Below are positions 11,871 through 24,576 of a DNA stretch of 64,000 nt, one piece after another. Position 1 is the first letter of the stretch. Every line of letters begins with the position of its first letter. The notes under the pieces are model-generated. The model had not been told where the DNA came from. It ran no database searches and saw only the letters and a list, made by a program, of their open reading frames with translations. The DNA lies in NCBI RefSeq assembly GCF_022837055.1, contig NC_062566.1, positions 66,798,464-66,862,463 of the forward strand, given 5' to 3'. The stretch is from Prionailurus viverrinus (taxonomy: Eukaryota). The position numbers and the translations under genes are program-made.

Positions 11871-12318
11871 GTTTCCCTTCTGCCAGCTGTTCTCCTGCTC
11901 TACAATGAACAATCTGAATAAACAGCAATGCTTTCCGTCCTTTATCCTGGCTAAGGTGATCACGAACCCCAAAGATGACATCCCTTCAAAGAAGCAAACT
12001 TCCAAATTCTAAAACAGCTAAGCTGCAGATAGTGGGTCATTCTATTTGTATACTTATAATGAACATTTCAGAAAAGGCTTCTAAACTGTCCTCCCATCCT
12101 CTATGTACCCCTCCCACCGCCTCGGTCCCTTCTCCTTTCCCACCAGACACTCCATCAGACAGTGAAGTCAAACTGAGCCAGCTCTTCCTGGAAACAATTT
12201 GGCTCTCTTCTCAAAGTTCGTACTTAACCTTATCCCCGTGAATATCCAGTTATCCTCCCAGGCTAAGACCCAGATGTCACTGTTTTGACTCAGGTGATCA
12301 CTACCCCACTCGTCTTAC

Positions 12319-12375
12319 CGTTGCCCTGTTCAGATGAAGATCAGGATTGCTGCAAGCCATCCTGTCAACTTTCTC
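12319..12375 (-). CDS. TTC5: TTC5 exon 6 (57 nt): EKVDRMACSNPDLHLNRAT
   Basis: This micro-exon was found by reverse-complementing the sequence around 12319-12375. The acceptor is ctcactgtag|GAGAAAG and the donor is GCAACG|gtaaga. The exon is in frame and is needed for the exon total to reach 440 aa. Confidence 0.8.
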
Positions 12376-12860
12376 CTACAGTGAGAGAGAAAGACAATCA
12401 GTGGATCCTATCTCACTCTTAAGGATGGTCAACATGCCCTAGACCTCTTCTTTGTCAAAATGTTACCTACACCCACCTTTTTATAGAGTAACTGCTTGAG
12501 TGGTATATTACTCAGTCCCTGACACCTCAATGATGTAGGTTTTTATGTGTACATGAAATGATGTACACTACATCATTTGTGTACATTACAATGATGTAAT
12601 GGTTTTTATGTGTACATGAAATATTAAAATATGATTATAATTTATCCATGCAATAGTATACAGATAAAATAAATGTGTAAAAGCATTCTGATAAAAAAAA
12701 TGTTTAATAGTGAGATAATGGTATAAATGAAGAAAGCCCAGAAAAGAAATTTCACTTATTTAAAGCATTTCCTCTACCCACAAGCCCAGCTCCAAATACT
12801 GGCAGAATCACGTTTCTACATTCAAGCCCCCTTAAAGCATCCATTGAAAGTCAAATTCTG

Positions 12861-13062
12861 GGGGCGCCTGGGTAGCTCAGTTGGTTGGGCATCCAACTTC
12901 AGCTCAGGTCTTAATCTCACAATTCATGGGTTCGAGCCCCTGCACTGGGCTATCTGCTGTCACCACAGAGCTGGTTTTGGATCTTCTGACCCCTCTCTTT
13001 GCCCCTCCCCTGCTCACACACTCACTCTCTCTTTCAAAAATAAACATTTTTTAAAAAACTAT
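12861..13062 (+). mobile_element. Can-SINE. TSD aaagtcaaattctg at 12847-12860 and 13074-13087.
   Basis: The head is GGGGCGCCTGGGTAGCTCAGTTGGTTGGGCATCC. Confidence 0.85.
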
Positions 13063-13106
13063 TAAGAAAAAAAAGAAAGTCAAATTCTGATTCTCTAATT
13101 TAAATA

Positions 13107-13610
13107 GATGGCCAGAAATTATGGAAAGAGCCCAAATGTCCAAATGATTAAGAAGATGTGGTGTATATATACATAATGGGATACTACTCAGTGATCAAAA
13201 AGAATGAAATCTTGCCATTTGCAACAATGTGGATAGAACTAGAGTGTATTATGCTAAGTGAAATAAGTCAAAGAAAGATCTCATATGATTTCACTCATAT
13301 GTGGAATTTAAGAAACAAAACAGATGAACATAGGGGAAGGGAACCAAAAACAAGATAGAAATAGAGAGGGAGCAAACCATAAGAGACCTTTAAATACAGA
13401 GAACAAACTTGGGGTTGTTGTAAGGAGGTGAGTATAGGGATGGGCTAAATGGGTGATGGGCATTAAGGAGGGCACCTGTTGGGATGAGCACTGGGTGTTA
13501 TATGTAAGTGAAGAATCATTGGGCTCTATTCCTGAAACCAATACTACACTGTATGTTAACTAACTTGAATTTAAAGAAATTAAAAGAAAAAAAATGATAA
13601 AAAAAAAAAG
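13107..13610 (+). mobile_element. L1 3' end fragment
   Basis: It encodes ...[50 protein letters not shown] (ORF track 13158..13358) and has an A-rich end. Confidence 0.85.
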
Positions 13611-13626
13611 AATGAATGAAGAAATG

Positions 13627-13665
13627 AATACATACATACATACATACATACATACATACATACGT
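13627..13665 (+). repeat. (TACA)n microsatellite
   Basis: The run reads catacatacatacatacatacatacatacatacg. Confidence 0.9.
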
Positions 13666-13816
13666 TGATGGCCAGAAACCACATGCAAGTGCAGACAGAT
13701 GTGCTGTGAAGAAACTGCTATGTTCCTGGCTATATTCGTTGTATTTTTCTAATTATGTTCATTGCCTAGCACATTACAAAAGTACAAACACATGAATTAA
13801 AATTGTTTAAATGGTT

Positions 13817-14040
13817 GGGTGTGCCTGGGTGGCTCAGTTGGTTAAGCGTCTGACTTCAGCTCAGGTCATGATCTTGCAGTTCGTGAGTTTAAGCCCCACA
13901 TGGGCTCTGTGCTGACAGCTCAGAGCCTGGAGCCTGCTTCGGATTCTGGGTCTCCCTCTCTCTCTGCCCCTCTCCCACTCGTACTCTGTCTCTCTGTCTC
14001 TCTCAAAAATAAATACACATTAAAAAAAAATTTTTTTTTA
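13817..14040 (+). mobile_element. Can-SINE. TSD aattgtttaaatggttg at 13801-13817 and 14041-14057.
   Basis: The element has the canonical head and tail, and a perfect 17-bp TSD. Confidence 0.9.
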
Positions 14041-14702
14041 ATTGTTTAAATGGTTGCCCCAAATATGTCTATGGTTGGGTAACAACATTAAGTTAAAAGC
14101 AACAATTTAGCAGAAGCCAAATATAAAATTTTTTAAAACTACACTATTATTTTTTAAAATGTAAACACTCACCAAAGTAAGAAATCAGACTAAAATATAA
14201 TTCCTCTGCCTTAAAGCTCCCTGACTGAAAAAAGGCCAGTCCCTAAACTACAAACATGAATATAAGGTAGGTACATTCTTTATTCTGCCACACAGAACAA
14301 AGTAAGTAATGGTAAATTAAAAAGCAAAGGTCTATGTCAAGAGAAGCAAGAAAGCAAAAAAAAGAAAAGTGTATAGGAGGCCTAAATCAAAAGTGCTCAG
14401 AAGGCCAATGTGAAGCATCTAATAGTAAGTGGCCAGGCTCTCACACCTGAAGGAAACCCCCATGTAAGTGGCTACTGATATAAAAACAGCCTGAAAGCCT
14501 ATGCAAAGCAGGAGCTCCAGTGGATTAATCCCAAGGAAATGACTGCAGAATGGGGTATATGCTGTTTTCTACTGTAGCCTGTGGGAAATCCAGAGCCACA
14601 GTATCTCATGGTTAATCTAGGGAGAGCACTTAATTTATACTTAAGTATTAGTGCTTTCATTTTTCTTTAAAAATGTACACAAATATTAATAAGCCTTATT
14701 TT

Positions 14703-14893
14703 AAATTTTTTTAATGTTTATTTTTGAGAAAGAGTGCGAGTGGAGGAGGTGCAGAGAGAGGGAGACACAGAATCTGAAGCAGGCTCCAGGCTCTGAGCTG
14801 TCATTAGGTACAGAGCCCGACACAGGGCTCAAAACCACAAGTGGGGAGATAATGACCTGAGTCAAAGTTGGATGTTTAACCAACTGGGCCCCC
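14703..14893 (-). mobile_element. Can-SINE (reverse orientation)
   Basis: The plus strand reads TTTAATGTTTATTTTTGAGA...GACCTGAGTCAAAGTTGGATGTTTAACCAACTGGGCCCCCCAAGC. Confidence 0.85.
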
Positions 14894-15080
14894 CAAGCAT
14901 TATTTTAATATACCATTATTTTAATATAGACTTTTTCCCCACTACAAAAGATGAACATGTTGGGATGGGCTCTGCGATTGGTTATACATGCCTACAGGAA
15001 ACCTGGATAATTCAAAGAGCTGTCTAGCAGTGAGGCACCCTTGCAGGCTGTTGCTAATACTCAAGTTATAAGAAGATATA

Positions 15081-15300
15081 GGGGTGCCTGGGTGGCTCAG
15101 TCAGTTGAGTGTCTGACTCTTGATTTTGGCTCAGGTCATGATCTTCTGGTTCGTGAGTTTGATCCCCACATTGGGGGGCTCTGTGCTGATAGCATGGAGC
15201 TTTGCTTGGGATTCTCTCACTCTCTCTCTCTCTCTGCCCCTCCCCTGTTTGCTCTCTATCTCTCTCTCAAAATAAATAAAAACAAACTTAAAAAAAAATT
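15081..15300 (+). mobile_element. Can-SINE
   Basis: The head is GGGGTGCCTGGGTGGCTCAGTCAGTTGAGTGTCTGAC. Confidence 0.85.
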
Positions 15301-15452
15301 AAGAAGAAATAAGTCACCCCTGCATACACAGCTTTGCAAAACCACACACACTGAACGCCACTAATGACCGCCCATGCTGCTTGCTAAAGAGCCAGATGGA
15401 AACTGCTGTTCCTACCTCTATTCATCTGGCCGGGGTGACCATAAATACTTAC

Positions 15453-15544
15453 TGCTTGGGCATAGGCACTGAGGGCTTGCTGGGAGATCTTAGGGTTCTG
15501 GCCAGTATTGAAGTAAAGAGAAAGATATGCATTCCCCAGAATAT
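15453..15544 (-). CDS. TTC5: TTC5 exon 5: (Y)[30 protein letters not shown]
   Basis: The minus-strand acceptor is ctctttcag|ATATTCTGGGG and the donor is CAAGCA|gtaagt. Its phase is consistent with exon 4 (phase 1). Confidence 0.85.
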
Positions 15545-17299
15545 CTGAAAGAGAAACAAAGGGTTTCCGGCTCCTTGTGTAAGGGGCTTGGAAGTTACCA
15601 CTCCATCCTGACAGACTGAAAAATCCTTAACTCTTCTTGGATCCAGAAGACAGGGAACAACACAGGGTAAACCACTGCCCCTAAAACTGGAGAGAGTCAG
15701 GCGAACACAGGGAGTGACCAGGGCAGACACTCACGAGCTGCAGGACCCGGTGCTGAGGTAGGCACACCTGAACTGTAACTGACAAAGTGCTGGAGGTTCA
15801 GCGTGGACAAGTCTGGGAGCAAGAAACTCCAGGGGTCCCTGTGGGGCAATAAACTTAGAGATTCCCCTGGCTTACACCAATGGGTTAACAAGGCGTAAAG
15901 AATTACAAAGCCATAGGATGTTCACACCCAAGTTTCGGTAAACAAGATTAGATAAATAAGCATAGAGAGGGCGGGACAAAGGCCCCAATACAGAACACAG
16001 ACATATGAAATAACCAAGATTAGATATTCAGGGCAGAAGCGCCCCCCAATTTAGTACTACAGCAGAAAGCTGCTTTCACAGGAGGGAAGGATCAAGTTAG
16101 ATAAACAGGTAACTAGAGCTATAGACTGCTGCCTGCCTGTGGGTGAAGCTGCCCAGAGCGGAGCTGATTAGCAAAAGAAAAAGGTGCCTTGTTAACCCTG
16201 AGGTTACTTGCTCTATCTGTCTCATCCCCTAGGCTACCTAAGATAAACAGAGGTGCTGCCTCCCATCTGCTGTATACAACCTTCCATTCGGTGCCAGGAT
16301 TTTGTTTTATATTAACCCAAACCCCTAACCCCGAATATCTTCAAGACCCCCTTTCCCTCACATCCATGAGTTAATGTTCACACACAGTCTCTTTGTGCAC
16401 GTCCATCACCATGTTTGTAAGCCTTCTGATCCTAATAAAAACGGGGCAAAGACCCTTATACTGGGCTATTTTCTTTTCCCAGACATTAGCCATCTCTCAC
16501 TTTTAATCCTGCGTCCCATTTTCTCGCCAGACAAGAAAGATTTTCAGACTTAAGAGTCTATGACAGGTCCAGGTCCTAAGGAGGCCCCCACAATACTGTG
16601 AGATTTACCTCCAGAAGCTTCAACCAGCCAGATTCCCCCAGCAAGTATCAGAGAAAAATCCCCTCACACTTCCAGCAAGGGGAAGGGGAGAAAGAACTGT
16701 TCTGAACTACGCCAGAGATCCCTGTTCTTAACAAGGTCTGCCCTCGGCAGAAACTATCTAACCAGAGCCTAACTGATCTGAGGAAGGAAAATATCCACCT
16801 GGCTCTATCCTTGTACCTAGGAGAGGCGAAACACCCACTTCCAGCCCACTCCAGCCATCCTGCCCCTCCTAAGCAGAGAAAAAACTGAGATACATAGTGA
16901 TGAATCATCTCAGAGCCCAGGTTCAAGATATCTTATTCTGGTCACCCTCAAGGGTCTATTTGAAAGGTCCCACATCTGACAAAATCCAGTGATAACACTA
17001 TATTTAGTATACCCCGAATTCCACTGAGATAAAGAGGCAAACATAGACCCAAAGGAGAAACTTGAACAGACTGCACAAAAATCCTGCCTTGCTTATGTGC
17101 AAATAAGCGTCCTCTCTTGGATGAAACGATCCAAGAGTTCCTAGAATAGTGGCTCATCAAAATACCTTTCCGGCTTCTTCAAAACAAAGACACTTAGAAC
17201 CAGACTCAACAGCTGGGCTCCAGATGATTGTGGAGTGTAGCGATACTGAGAACCACTGCTCTAGAAAATTGGAGACCTTTTTCTTTTGAGAGCACTCAC

Positions 17300-17450
17300 A
17301 CCAGGAACGGCCATCATGGACATCCATCTGCACGGCCAACTTAGCCTGTCGGACACTGTCCATTACATGACGAGAATGTTCATCTCCAGTGTCAGTCCGC
17401 AGCTGGCGAAGCACCATGGACAGGTTTTGAAGGGAGACTTTGTTCTTGCA
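17300..17450 (-). CDS. TTC5: TTC5 exon 4: [50 protein letters not shown]
   Basis: The ORF track has a matching ORF at 17157..17510 (-). The acceptor is ccatttgcag|TGCAAG and the donor is TGGT|gtgagt. Confidence 0.9.
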
Positions 17451-17834
17451 CTGCAAATGGAGAAGACACATACTCACCCTTCCTGATTCTATTTCCCCTT
17501 TCTTATGCATCTTAATCTTCTAAATCTAATTTTTCATCTTAATTCTTACTGCCGTCTATATCTTAGACCCCTATCTACAAGGATTAACTTGATTGTTAAT
17601 CTTTCTTCACCTCTCATCTATCCCTGAACCTGATCCCATCATCTTCTTCCTTTCTCAGTCCCCTGGCCCTATTTTCCTCATCCAGGTCTGCTCCGACTCT
17701 CCCTCCCCTCTGATTTCATTCTCCTAGTTCCAGTATAGTTCTATTCTGGTATTCATATCCTAGGGAAATTCATAGAACCAAAACAACCTCATCTTTCCCA
17801 TCTGTGTTTTCCAAGAGTATAATAGATGGCTCAC

Positions 17835-18046
17835 ATGGGTGAGGGCTCCAGAGAAGCAGGTGTGGGCAGATGCAATATCCCCTTTTTTCCAGTACACCTC
17901 ACCCAGCTGGTTCCAGGCTTCCACCAGCTTGGGCTCCAGCTTCACAGCCTTGGACAGAAGTTCCTCAGCCTTAGGGCTATAGTCAGGAGTCACATTCAAT
18001 GCCTTCCCAGTCAGCATCAGAACCTGGGCCTTGCCCTGGGCAGAAC
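17835..18046 (-). CDS. TTC5: TTC5 exon 3 (TPR region): (G)[70 protein letters not shown]
   Basis: The ORF track has a matching ORF at 17760..18107 (-). The acceptor is ccacctag|GTTCTG and the donor is ACCCAT|gtgagc. Confidence 0.9.
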
Positions 18047-18877
18047 CTAGGTGGAAGGGGAAAAAGATAAAGGCAATTGGAAAAACTGAGGCAATCTTAC
18101 AGGACACTTTCTCTCAAGAAATAACCTCAGGTCAGCCCTAGGAATGAAACAGTTGAAGAAAATCTGTATGAAAAAACCACTTATTGAAAGCCTACCATAT
18201 GCAGAGTACTGTGTTAGGTAATGGGGTAACAAAGAAAGCATTATCCCTACCCTGGAGGGGCTTATTGCCCCTCTGGTAGAGAGCCGATAGAGAGAACAAA
18301 GCATATTCGTGGAAAATTAAAACAACAATGAAAAGGGGCATATGGCATATCCCAATGAATGAGCTTTAAAAAGTGAAAAGGAGAAAATTATGTAAACCAA
18401 GACAGAGAGGCAGAAACCCCTGTGGCATGTTCAAGGAAGAATTGATAGTCCAACCCAAAAGAAACAGAAAGTTCCTCTGTAAGTAAGTAGGCAGAGGGAA
18501 GAGTAGAAGAAAACAAACAGAAATGGTCAGACAATAGAGACTTGAATACCATTTTAATTCATACCAAATTAAGGTGTTGAGACTTTAACCAGTCAGCAGC
18601 AGGAATCTTTGAATACACTTGAGAAAAGAGGCAAACAAAAGGATAAGGCTAAATGCAGGAAGAAATATTTAGAAAGATAATGGCATGATCATTATATAAA
18701 AAATTTGGAAGTAAAAAAAAATTAGAAGCAGAAAGGTCAATTAAGAAGAACAGTCTCAGGAAAAAATATGTTCTTTTATTTTATGGCATTCGCTATAATC
18801 AAACTTTGGAAAACATTGTCTAGAGGACCGGTAGGCTGCCATCCTACACAGTGGCCCTTAGAAGAAATATTCTGTTG

Positions 18878-19090
18878 GGGCGCCTAGGTGGCTCAGTCGG
18901 TTAGGCATCCGACTTCGGCTCAAGTCATGATCTCATAGTTCATGGGTTTGAGCCCCGCATTGGGCTCTGTGCTGACAGCTCAGAGCCTGGAGCCTGCTTC
19001 AGATTCTGTGTCTCCCCCTCTCTCTGCCCCTCACCTGCTTGCTCACTTGCTCTTTCTCTCAAAAAGAAAAAATTTTTTTTAAAAAAAAGA
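18878..19090 (+). mobile_element. Can-SINE. TSD agaaatattctgttg.
   Basis: The head is GGGGCGCCTAGGTGGCTCAGTCGGTTAGGCATCCGAC, and the flanking sequence is duplicated. Confidence 0.9.
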
Positions 19091-19217
19091 AATATTCTGT
19101 TGTACCATCCTGCAACAGCCACAAACAATATAGCAGAGGTTAGAAAGAGAGAGCAAAACTCTGCAGCACGTTAGTTAGCCTCCCGTAGGGGGCTCCATGC
19201 TCTTTTGCGACTCGTAC

Positions 19218-19350
19218 CCACTACTTCCTCCATCTGCTGCAGGGTCTTCTCCATCTCTTCCCGCACATCCTGTTGCTTCCTTCCAGCATCCTCCACACCA
19301 TGTGTCTCGAAATAGCACTCTCGAAATGAATAGAGCTGATCCACCAGTTC
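19218..19350 (-). CDS. TTC5: TTC5 exon 2: [44 protein letters not shown](G)
   Basis: The minus-strand acceptor is cttcttag|GAACTGGTG and the donor is GTAGTGG|gtacgag. The translation matches the human TTC5 N-terminal region. Confidence 0.85.
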
Positions 19351-20953
19351 CTAAGAAGTGTAAAAAGGGTACCATTAAGAGGAGAGAACATCATACTCTG
19401 GTTTCTCTTCAGATCGTGTAAATCTTTCACCTTTTACTCAAGATTTCTGTGGAAAAGAGGAGCGAACGGCAGACAAGGAAATTTGAGACTGGCTGGCCAT
19501 ACCGGTTGGGGCCTAGAATTACTGATTCTCTATCTCACTAGGAATGACACAAGAGGCAGGCGGACAGGTCTACCAAAATGCACAGGTCATGAAGAAAAGT
19601 AGCCACTGTCCCAGGACCACTCTGGTGAAGTTCCGTGCCAGTCTGTGCACCATGATGACAGCTGTCTCTCTCCTAGCCCCAGCAGGGCTTCCAGTATGGC
19701 TAAGCACTTCATATACCATAGTCAAGAGGAGGGAAACACTTTGCAACTTGAGATAAAACAAAAAGTTAATAAGATAATCCAATATGGGACTGCCCTCCAG
19801 AATATATAAAACTTTGAAATTTCCCCTGAAAACTGGACTTCCTGACAAAAATAACCTGCTCTCTGATTTTTCCTATGCTGGTATCTGAAAATATATGACC
19901 TTTGTGAATATGATAAACATGTGAGAGCCACTGTTTTCCACAACAAACAGACCAATTTGAGAACCTTGGTGTTTTTCCAGGATTTTGTTTCTTCAAATAC
20001 TCCTATTTTTGTTTGTTTGTTTTGTTCTGTTTTGTTTTTGTCAAGTCACCTTCTGGCTCTCTTGTATTCTTCCCAAGTAAATGTTCCCTTTCCTATTTTA
20101 AATACCTCTGTCTCTGAGTCTTCCTGGGACACCAAAGCTTTTCCATTACCTGTTCTTTCCTGAAAATGAACAGCAGCAGAAATATATAACACAATTCACA
20201 ACACATCTGTCACATCTTAACTACCTCCACAACTAAATCCATCTACCTATCTCCATCCCACTAGTAATATCCTGGACTAAATCAGCACCATTACTTGCCT
20301 GGACTATTGCAATAGTTTCTTACCTGGTCATCTTGTTTCTATTCTCTCCTATTCTCCTCATTATAGTTGGAATGACCTTACAAATATATACATCACCTCA
20401 CAAACTCTCAGTTTTCCACTGTAGAATAATATCGAACTCCTAACCACAGCTGAGAAGACTGTACGATCTGACCTCACACTACTCACCCTGCTACAAACTT
20501 CACTTCTCACTCTCCCCTCTACAATACTCAAGCCACATTGGCTTTCATGGAGTTCTTCAGATTCAGCAAGCTCAGTCCCACGTTGGGAGCCTTATACATG
20601 TTGTTCCCCCTGCCTGGACATTCTTCCACCAGATCTCTGCATGACTCATTCTTCATCATCATTTAGATCTCAGTTCAATATCAACTTCTCAGAGAGGCTT
20701 TCCATGACTCCCCAAACTAAAGTAACCACTTCCACTTTTGCCCACTGTTAAATCACACTCTTATTTTTCTCCATTGTACTTATCAGTTGAAATTATGTGG
20801 CCTATACATTAGCGGTCTATGTCTGTCTCCACCACTAGAATGTAAGCTCCATGACGGGAGGGTCTTAATCTCCTGTCTCCCATGTTTAGAACTATACATA
20901 AGCACTACAACAGGATTTGGGACATGATAGGCCCTCATTAAAAATGTTGACTG

Positions 20954-21150
20954 AGGTGCGTCTGGGTGGCTCAGTTGGTTAAGTGTCTGATTTTGGCTCA
21001 GGTCATGATCTCAGGGTTCATGAGTTCGAGCCCCATATTGGATCTCTGCTGTCAGCACAGAGCGTGCTTCGAATCCTCTGTCCCCTTCTGTCTGCCCCTC
21101 TGCCACTTGTGCTCTCTCTCAAAAATAAACACTTTAAAAAAAAATGTTGA
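20954..21150 (+). mobile_element. Can-SINE. TSD aaaatgttga.
   Basis: The head is GAGGTGCGTCTGGGTGGCTCAGTTGGTTAAGTGTCTGA. Confidence 0.85.
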
Positions 21151-21780
21151 TTTAATGGTTTAATGAATCATCCCTATCTCTAACCAACAGGTTATGTGCT
21201 GTACTTAATTTAAAACCCCACCCAGAGCAAAGAGAATGGACAGTATCCTCTGTAGTAGCGATATTTTTCAAATTTTATTGTGTGCACTATTTTCAGGACA
21301 CAGCCCACAGATTCTGGTTTTAGAAGTTTTCGCAGAACTCAAATCACCTATTAACAAGCACTTTAGATGGCTGAAATGAAAATGGTCTATAAAACACACT
21401 TTGAAAAACATCCTTTTGTTACATTCCTTTTTCCCTTTTTAGGCAGAAATCAAAATGTACCACCATTCCCATAAATAGTAACATCACTATCTTTTTCCTC
21501 TCCTCTACTCCATTCCCCCCCATTCCATTCCTGCACCACTCCTGCCCACCTACCCCAAGGTACTCCCAGCATACATGCTTAATCCATCTACGACAAATGA
21601 GCCCAGGAAAAGACAGTTCTCAGCAAAACTTACAATAGAATTCCTTTTGTCCTGCAATCAGCATGGCTGCCAATTAGGAATTTTAATTAGAGAGGGTCTC
21701 ATTGTCTCATTCTAGCTGTGAAAGCAAATATGCATGAAATTGTTTAGTTTTGTTGTTTTGTTTTGCTGCAGTAAACACTT

Positions 21781-21990
21781 TTTAAATGTTTATTTATTCA
21801 TTTTGAGAGACAAAGAGCACACTCAAGCAGGGGAGGGGCAGAGAGAGGGAGACAGAGAGAATCCCAAGCAGTATCTGTGCTGTCAGCCCAGAGCTCAATG
21901 CAGGGCTCGATCTCACCAACTGTGAGATCATGACCTGAGCCAAAATCAAGAGTCAGTTGCTAAACCAACTAAACCACTCAGCTGCCCCAC
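21781..21990 (-). mobile_element. Can-SINE (reverse orientation)
   Basis: The plus strand reads TTTAAATGTTTATTTATTCATTTTGAGAGA...AACCACTCAGCTGCCCC. Confidence 0.85.
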
Positions 21991-22949
21991 TGCAGTGAAC
22001 ATTTTTAATAACTTTTTGTCTCATGGAAAAATCAATATATGTAAGGTGCTAAAATTCAAGTATGTACATGTAAAAAATACAAAGTAAGAAATTCCTCATA
22101 ATCACTCCGAACAACCTCAGGGATAACTACTGTTTAGTATACCTCTTCAGACTTTTTTCTAGACGTATCCAAATACATATATACAACGTCTCTAATATGG
22201 AGCCAGTATTGATAATCTCTGATTTCAGCAAGTCACGACAGGGAATGAAAATAAATTAATCCAAGTCAACTGGAAGTAAAATAAAGCTCACACTCTAAAA
22301 AATGTTATTTTAATAGGCTCAAGAAACAAATAAATGTCACCAATGTTTAAACTTTTTTGCATTACAAGCCTTTAGTCAAGGTATAAGCCTGTCACAGGTC
22401 TAATATTTAAATTTCAGGCTGTCTTAGAATACAAAGAACTGAGTTTCTGAGTTTTAAGGAAAATATTGGGTCATGGAAATAAGGTAAAGAGCAAGTAACC
22501 AGTTAGCTCATACCTACCAAGTACAAAAGACTAGCCCTCCTCACAACTGCAGTCAACTGTGAACTGGGTGGAGCATGGACCCTCTGCATCAGACCCCAAA
22601 CTGGAATAGCAAGTGTGCAAAAGAATCAAAACCGTGCAGTCCTGAGAGGAGTAACCAGGATACAAGGAGTGCAAGCTATTACTGTGCTTGTTGCCAATTT
22701 CAAAGCAGGTAAGTAGTAAAGAAATGGCCAATTTCAAAGCAGAGAAGTGGTAAAGAAATGGCCTTTGTGGGAATGAAAACAATACATGATAATAGCCCCT
22801 GCAGATCTGCTACATACATGTGTATACTATCTGTTATGGGTGAATCGGAAAAACAAAACAAAACAAAACTCCGTAAGAACGTTGAAGAATACATTTAGAA
22901 GCGCAAGAATAAACTTAGGAGCAACAAATCCTCTTCCAAACAGGAGTGA

Positions 22950-23400
22950 AGTTGAGTGCACGCAGGTCAGCAGCAGAAGGTCCCAACACCCCGCTGCGCC
23001 CCTTCCGTAACAGGGGAGGCTCTCCGCCAGCGGGCGAACCCTCAGGAGTTGTTATAGTAACCTCACTAACACATGCAGCGTCCTGCATGCGCCAAGTAAT
23101 TCGCTGGTAATATATACACTGGACTCCCCCCTTCTTCCCGAGTAACAAAAGCACATATAGATTTTAACCTATGACTCCCACCTGCAATTTCTGCAAGATC
23201 TGCTTGACTTCCTCGTCTTCATCAGCCATCATTTCCCAGCCAGTCTCGGCTTCTCCGCCCCCAACTTTGTAACCACAGAGACTCAGGCCCACCCCCATCG
23301 TGGAGCCAGAGCGACATCTAGGGTACTGGAGGCTTACCTGCACCTGAGTAGAGGAGCTGGTTGGTTTGGGTTTTACATGTATCCAAACATTACTTTTAAT
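22950..23400 (-). promoter_or_regulatory. TTC5: TTC5 CpG island / promoter region spanning exon 1. The transcription start site is not determinable from sequence alone.
   Basis: The region is locally CpG-rich (cgctgcgcc, gccagcgggcg, catgcgcc, tctcggcttctccgccc, agagcgac). The first ATG lies at 23232 (-), and the surrounding SINEs have lost their CpGs. Confidence 0.5.
23182..23232 (-). CDS. TTC5: TTC5 exon 1 coding part: MMADEDEEVKQILQKLQ, followed by a gtggga donor. The 5' UTR extends upstream (to higher coordinates) into a CpG island.
   Basis: The reverse complement of 23182-23232 reads ATGATGGCTGATGAAGACGAGGAAGTCAAGCAGATCTTGCAGAAATTGCAG|gtggga, which matches the human MMADEEEEVKPILQKLQ. 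Confidence 0.8.
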
Positions 23401-23722
23401 TTAAAAAAAAATGGACAAATTATACATTTGACAAATCACAATGGTAATTTACGATTTCAGGGGAAAAAAAACAAAAATTCTCCAGTTTTCTTATGAGAAT
23501 CACTATAAAGTTATAATGTAAACACATTTCTCAATGTGAAAAGGCATAAAATTTCCTTTATAGATAACGTGTCACTTATCTATCATGTAATATCAAATGC
23601 ACCTGTAATGCCTTAAAGTAAATATGATTCTTTTGAGCAAAAGGAGCCAAATCAAAGACATCATTAAGGAAAAACATGCATACGAGACTGAATTCTATGG
23701 AGGACAGAGGCCATTATTTTAC

Positions 23723-23889
23723 TTATTTTTAATTTTTGTATGTTTATTTATCTTTGAGAGAGAGGTGGGGGAGGGGCAGAGAGACAGAATCTGAAGCAGG
23801 CTCCAGGCTCTGAGCTGTGAGCACAGGGCCCCATGCGGGGCTGGAACTCACAAACCCCAAGATCATGCCCTGAGCCACCCAGGTGCCCC
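23723..23889 (-). mobile_element. Can-SINE (reverse orientation), 5'-truncated. TSD ttattttac.
   Basis: The plus strand reads ...GAGAGAGAGGTGGGGGAGGGGCAGAGAGACAGAATCTGAAGCAGGCTCC...CCTGAGCCACCCAGGTGCCCC. Confidence 0.85.
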
Positions 23890-24317
23890 TATTTTACATA
23901 TTTTTAAACTCGATAGTTCTGACAGAGCTCTCAGAACATAGTTTTTCAGTTAATGGGCAGCAAACTGACTTACTGGTTAAATTAGCAACCATGCAGCTGC
24001 CTGACAACAATTGGATAATTTAGGAGTAACTGGCTTCTGGACATTAATTTTAATTACTTTGAAAAGCCATAATTTAGTACCAAATGTTTAAACACCCACT
24101 ATAATTGCTAAGCTGTGAAGTCAGCTTTATAACAGATCAGCTATACAAAAGTCATCAATTTTCTTCAAAAAAAAAAAAAGCTAGTAGAAATCCCAAAGAA
24201 TAAAGAAAAAATTACTAAAGGTCACATTTACTAATCTAGTACCATAAGTCCAGTCTTAGGCCATCCCAAGTGGCTGCAAGGAGGAATGGCAGAAGTGATG
24301 ATGTTGGAAAAGGGTAC

Positions 24318-24362
24318 TTCGTTTATTTATTTATTTATTTGTTTATTTGTTTATTTATTTAT
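24318..24362 (+). repeat. (TTTA/TTTG)n microsatellite
   Basis: The run reads tttatttatttatttatttgtttatttgtttatttatttatt. Confidence 0.9.
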
Positions 24363-24575
24363 TAGCTTTTAGGGCATGATCTCTCCTCTCCTGAGTTTGA
24401 GCCCTGCACCTGGGTGGCTTAGTAGGTTAAGGGTACGACTTCAGCTTAGGGCATGATCTCACCTCTCCTGAGTTCGAGCCCTGCACAGGGACTCTGCTGA
24501 CATACTGTGTCTCCCTCTCTCTCTGCCCCTCTCCCACTAACGCTCTCTCTGCCTCAAAAGTAAATAAACGTTAAA
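24340..24575 (+). mobile_element. Can-SINE carrying an internal 5' segmental duplication, arranged tail-to-tail with the next element
   Basis: The segment TAGGGCATGATCTC(T/A)CCTCTCCTGAGTT(T/C)GAGCCCTGCAC occurs twice, and the tail is ...GCCTCAAAAGTAAATAAACGTTAAAAAAAAA. Confidence 0.8.
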
Positions 24576-24576
24576 A

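Noticed and set aside
11557-12012. 151-aa and 86-aa ORFs rich in KKERKKERKK (plus strand) and FFLSFFLS (minus strand)
   Set aside because: They are a translation of the (GAAA)n microsatellite in the SINE tail.
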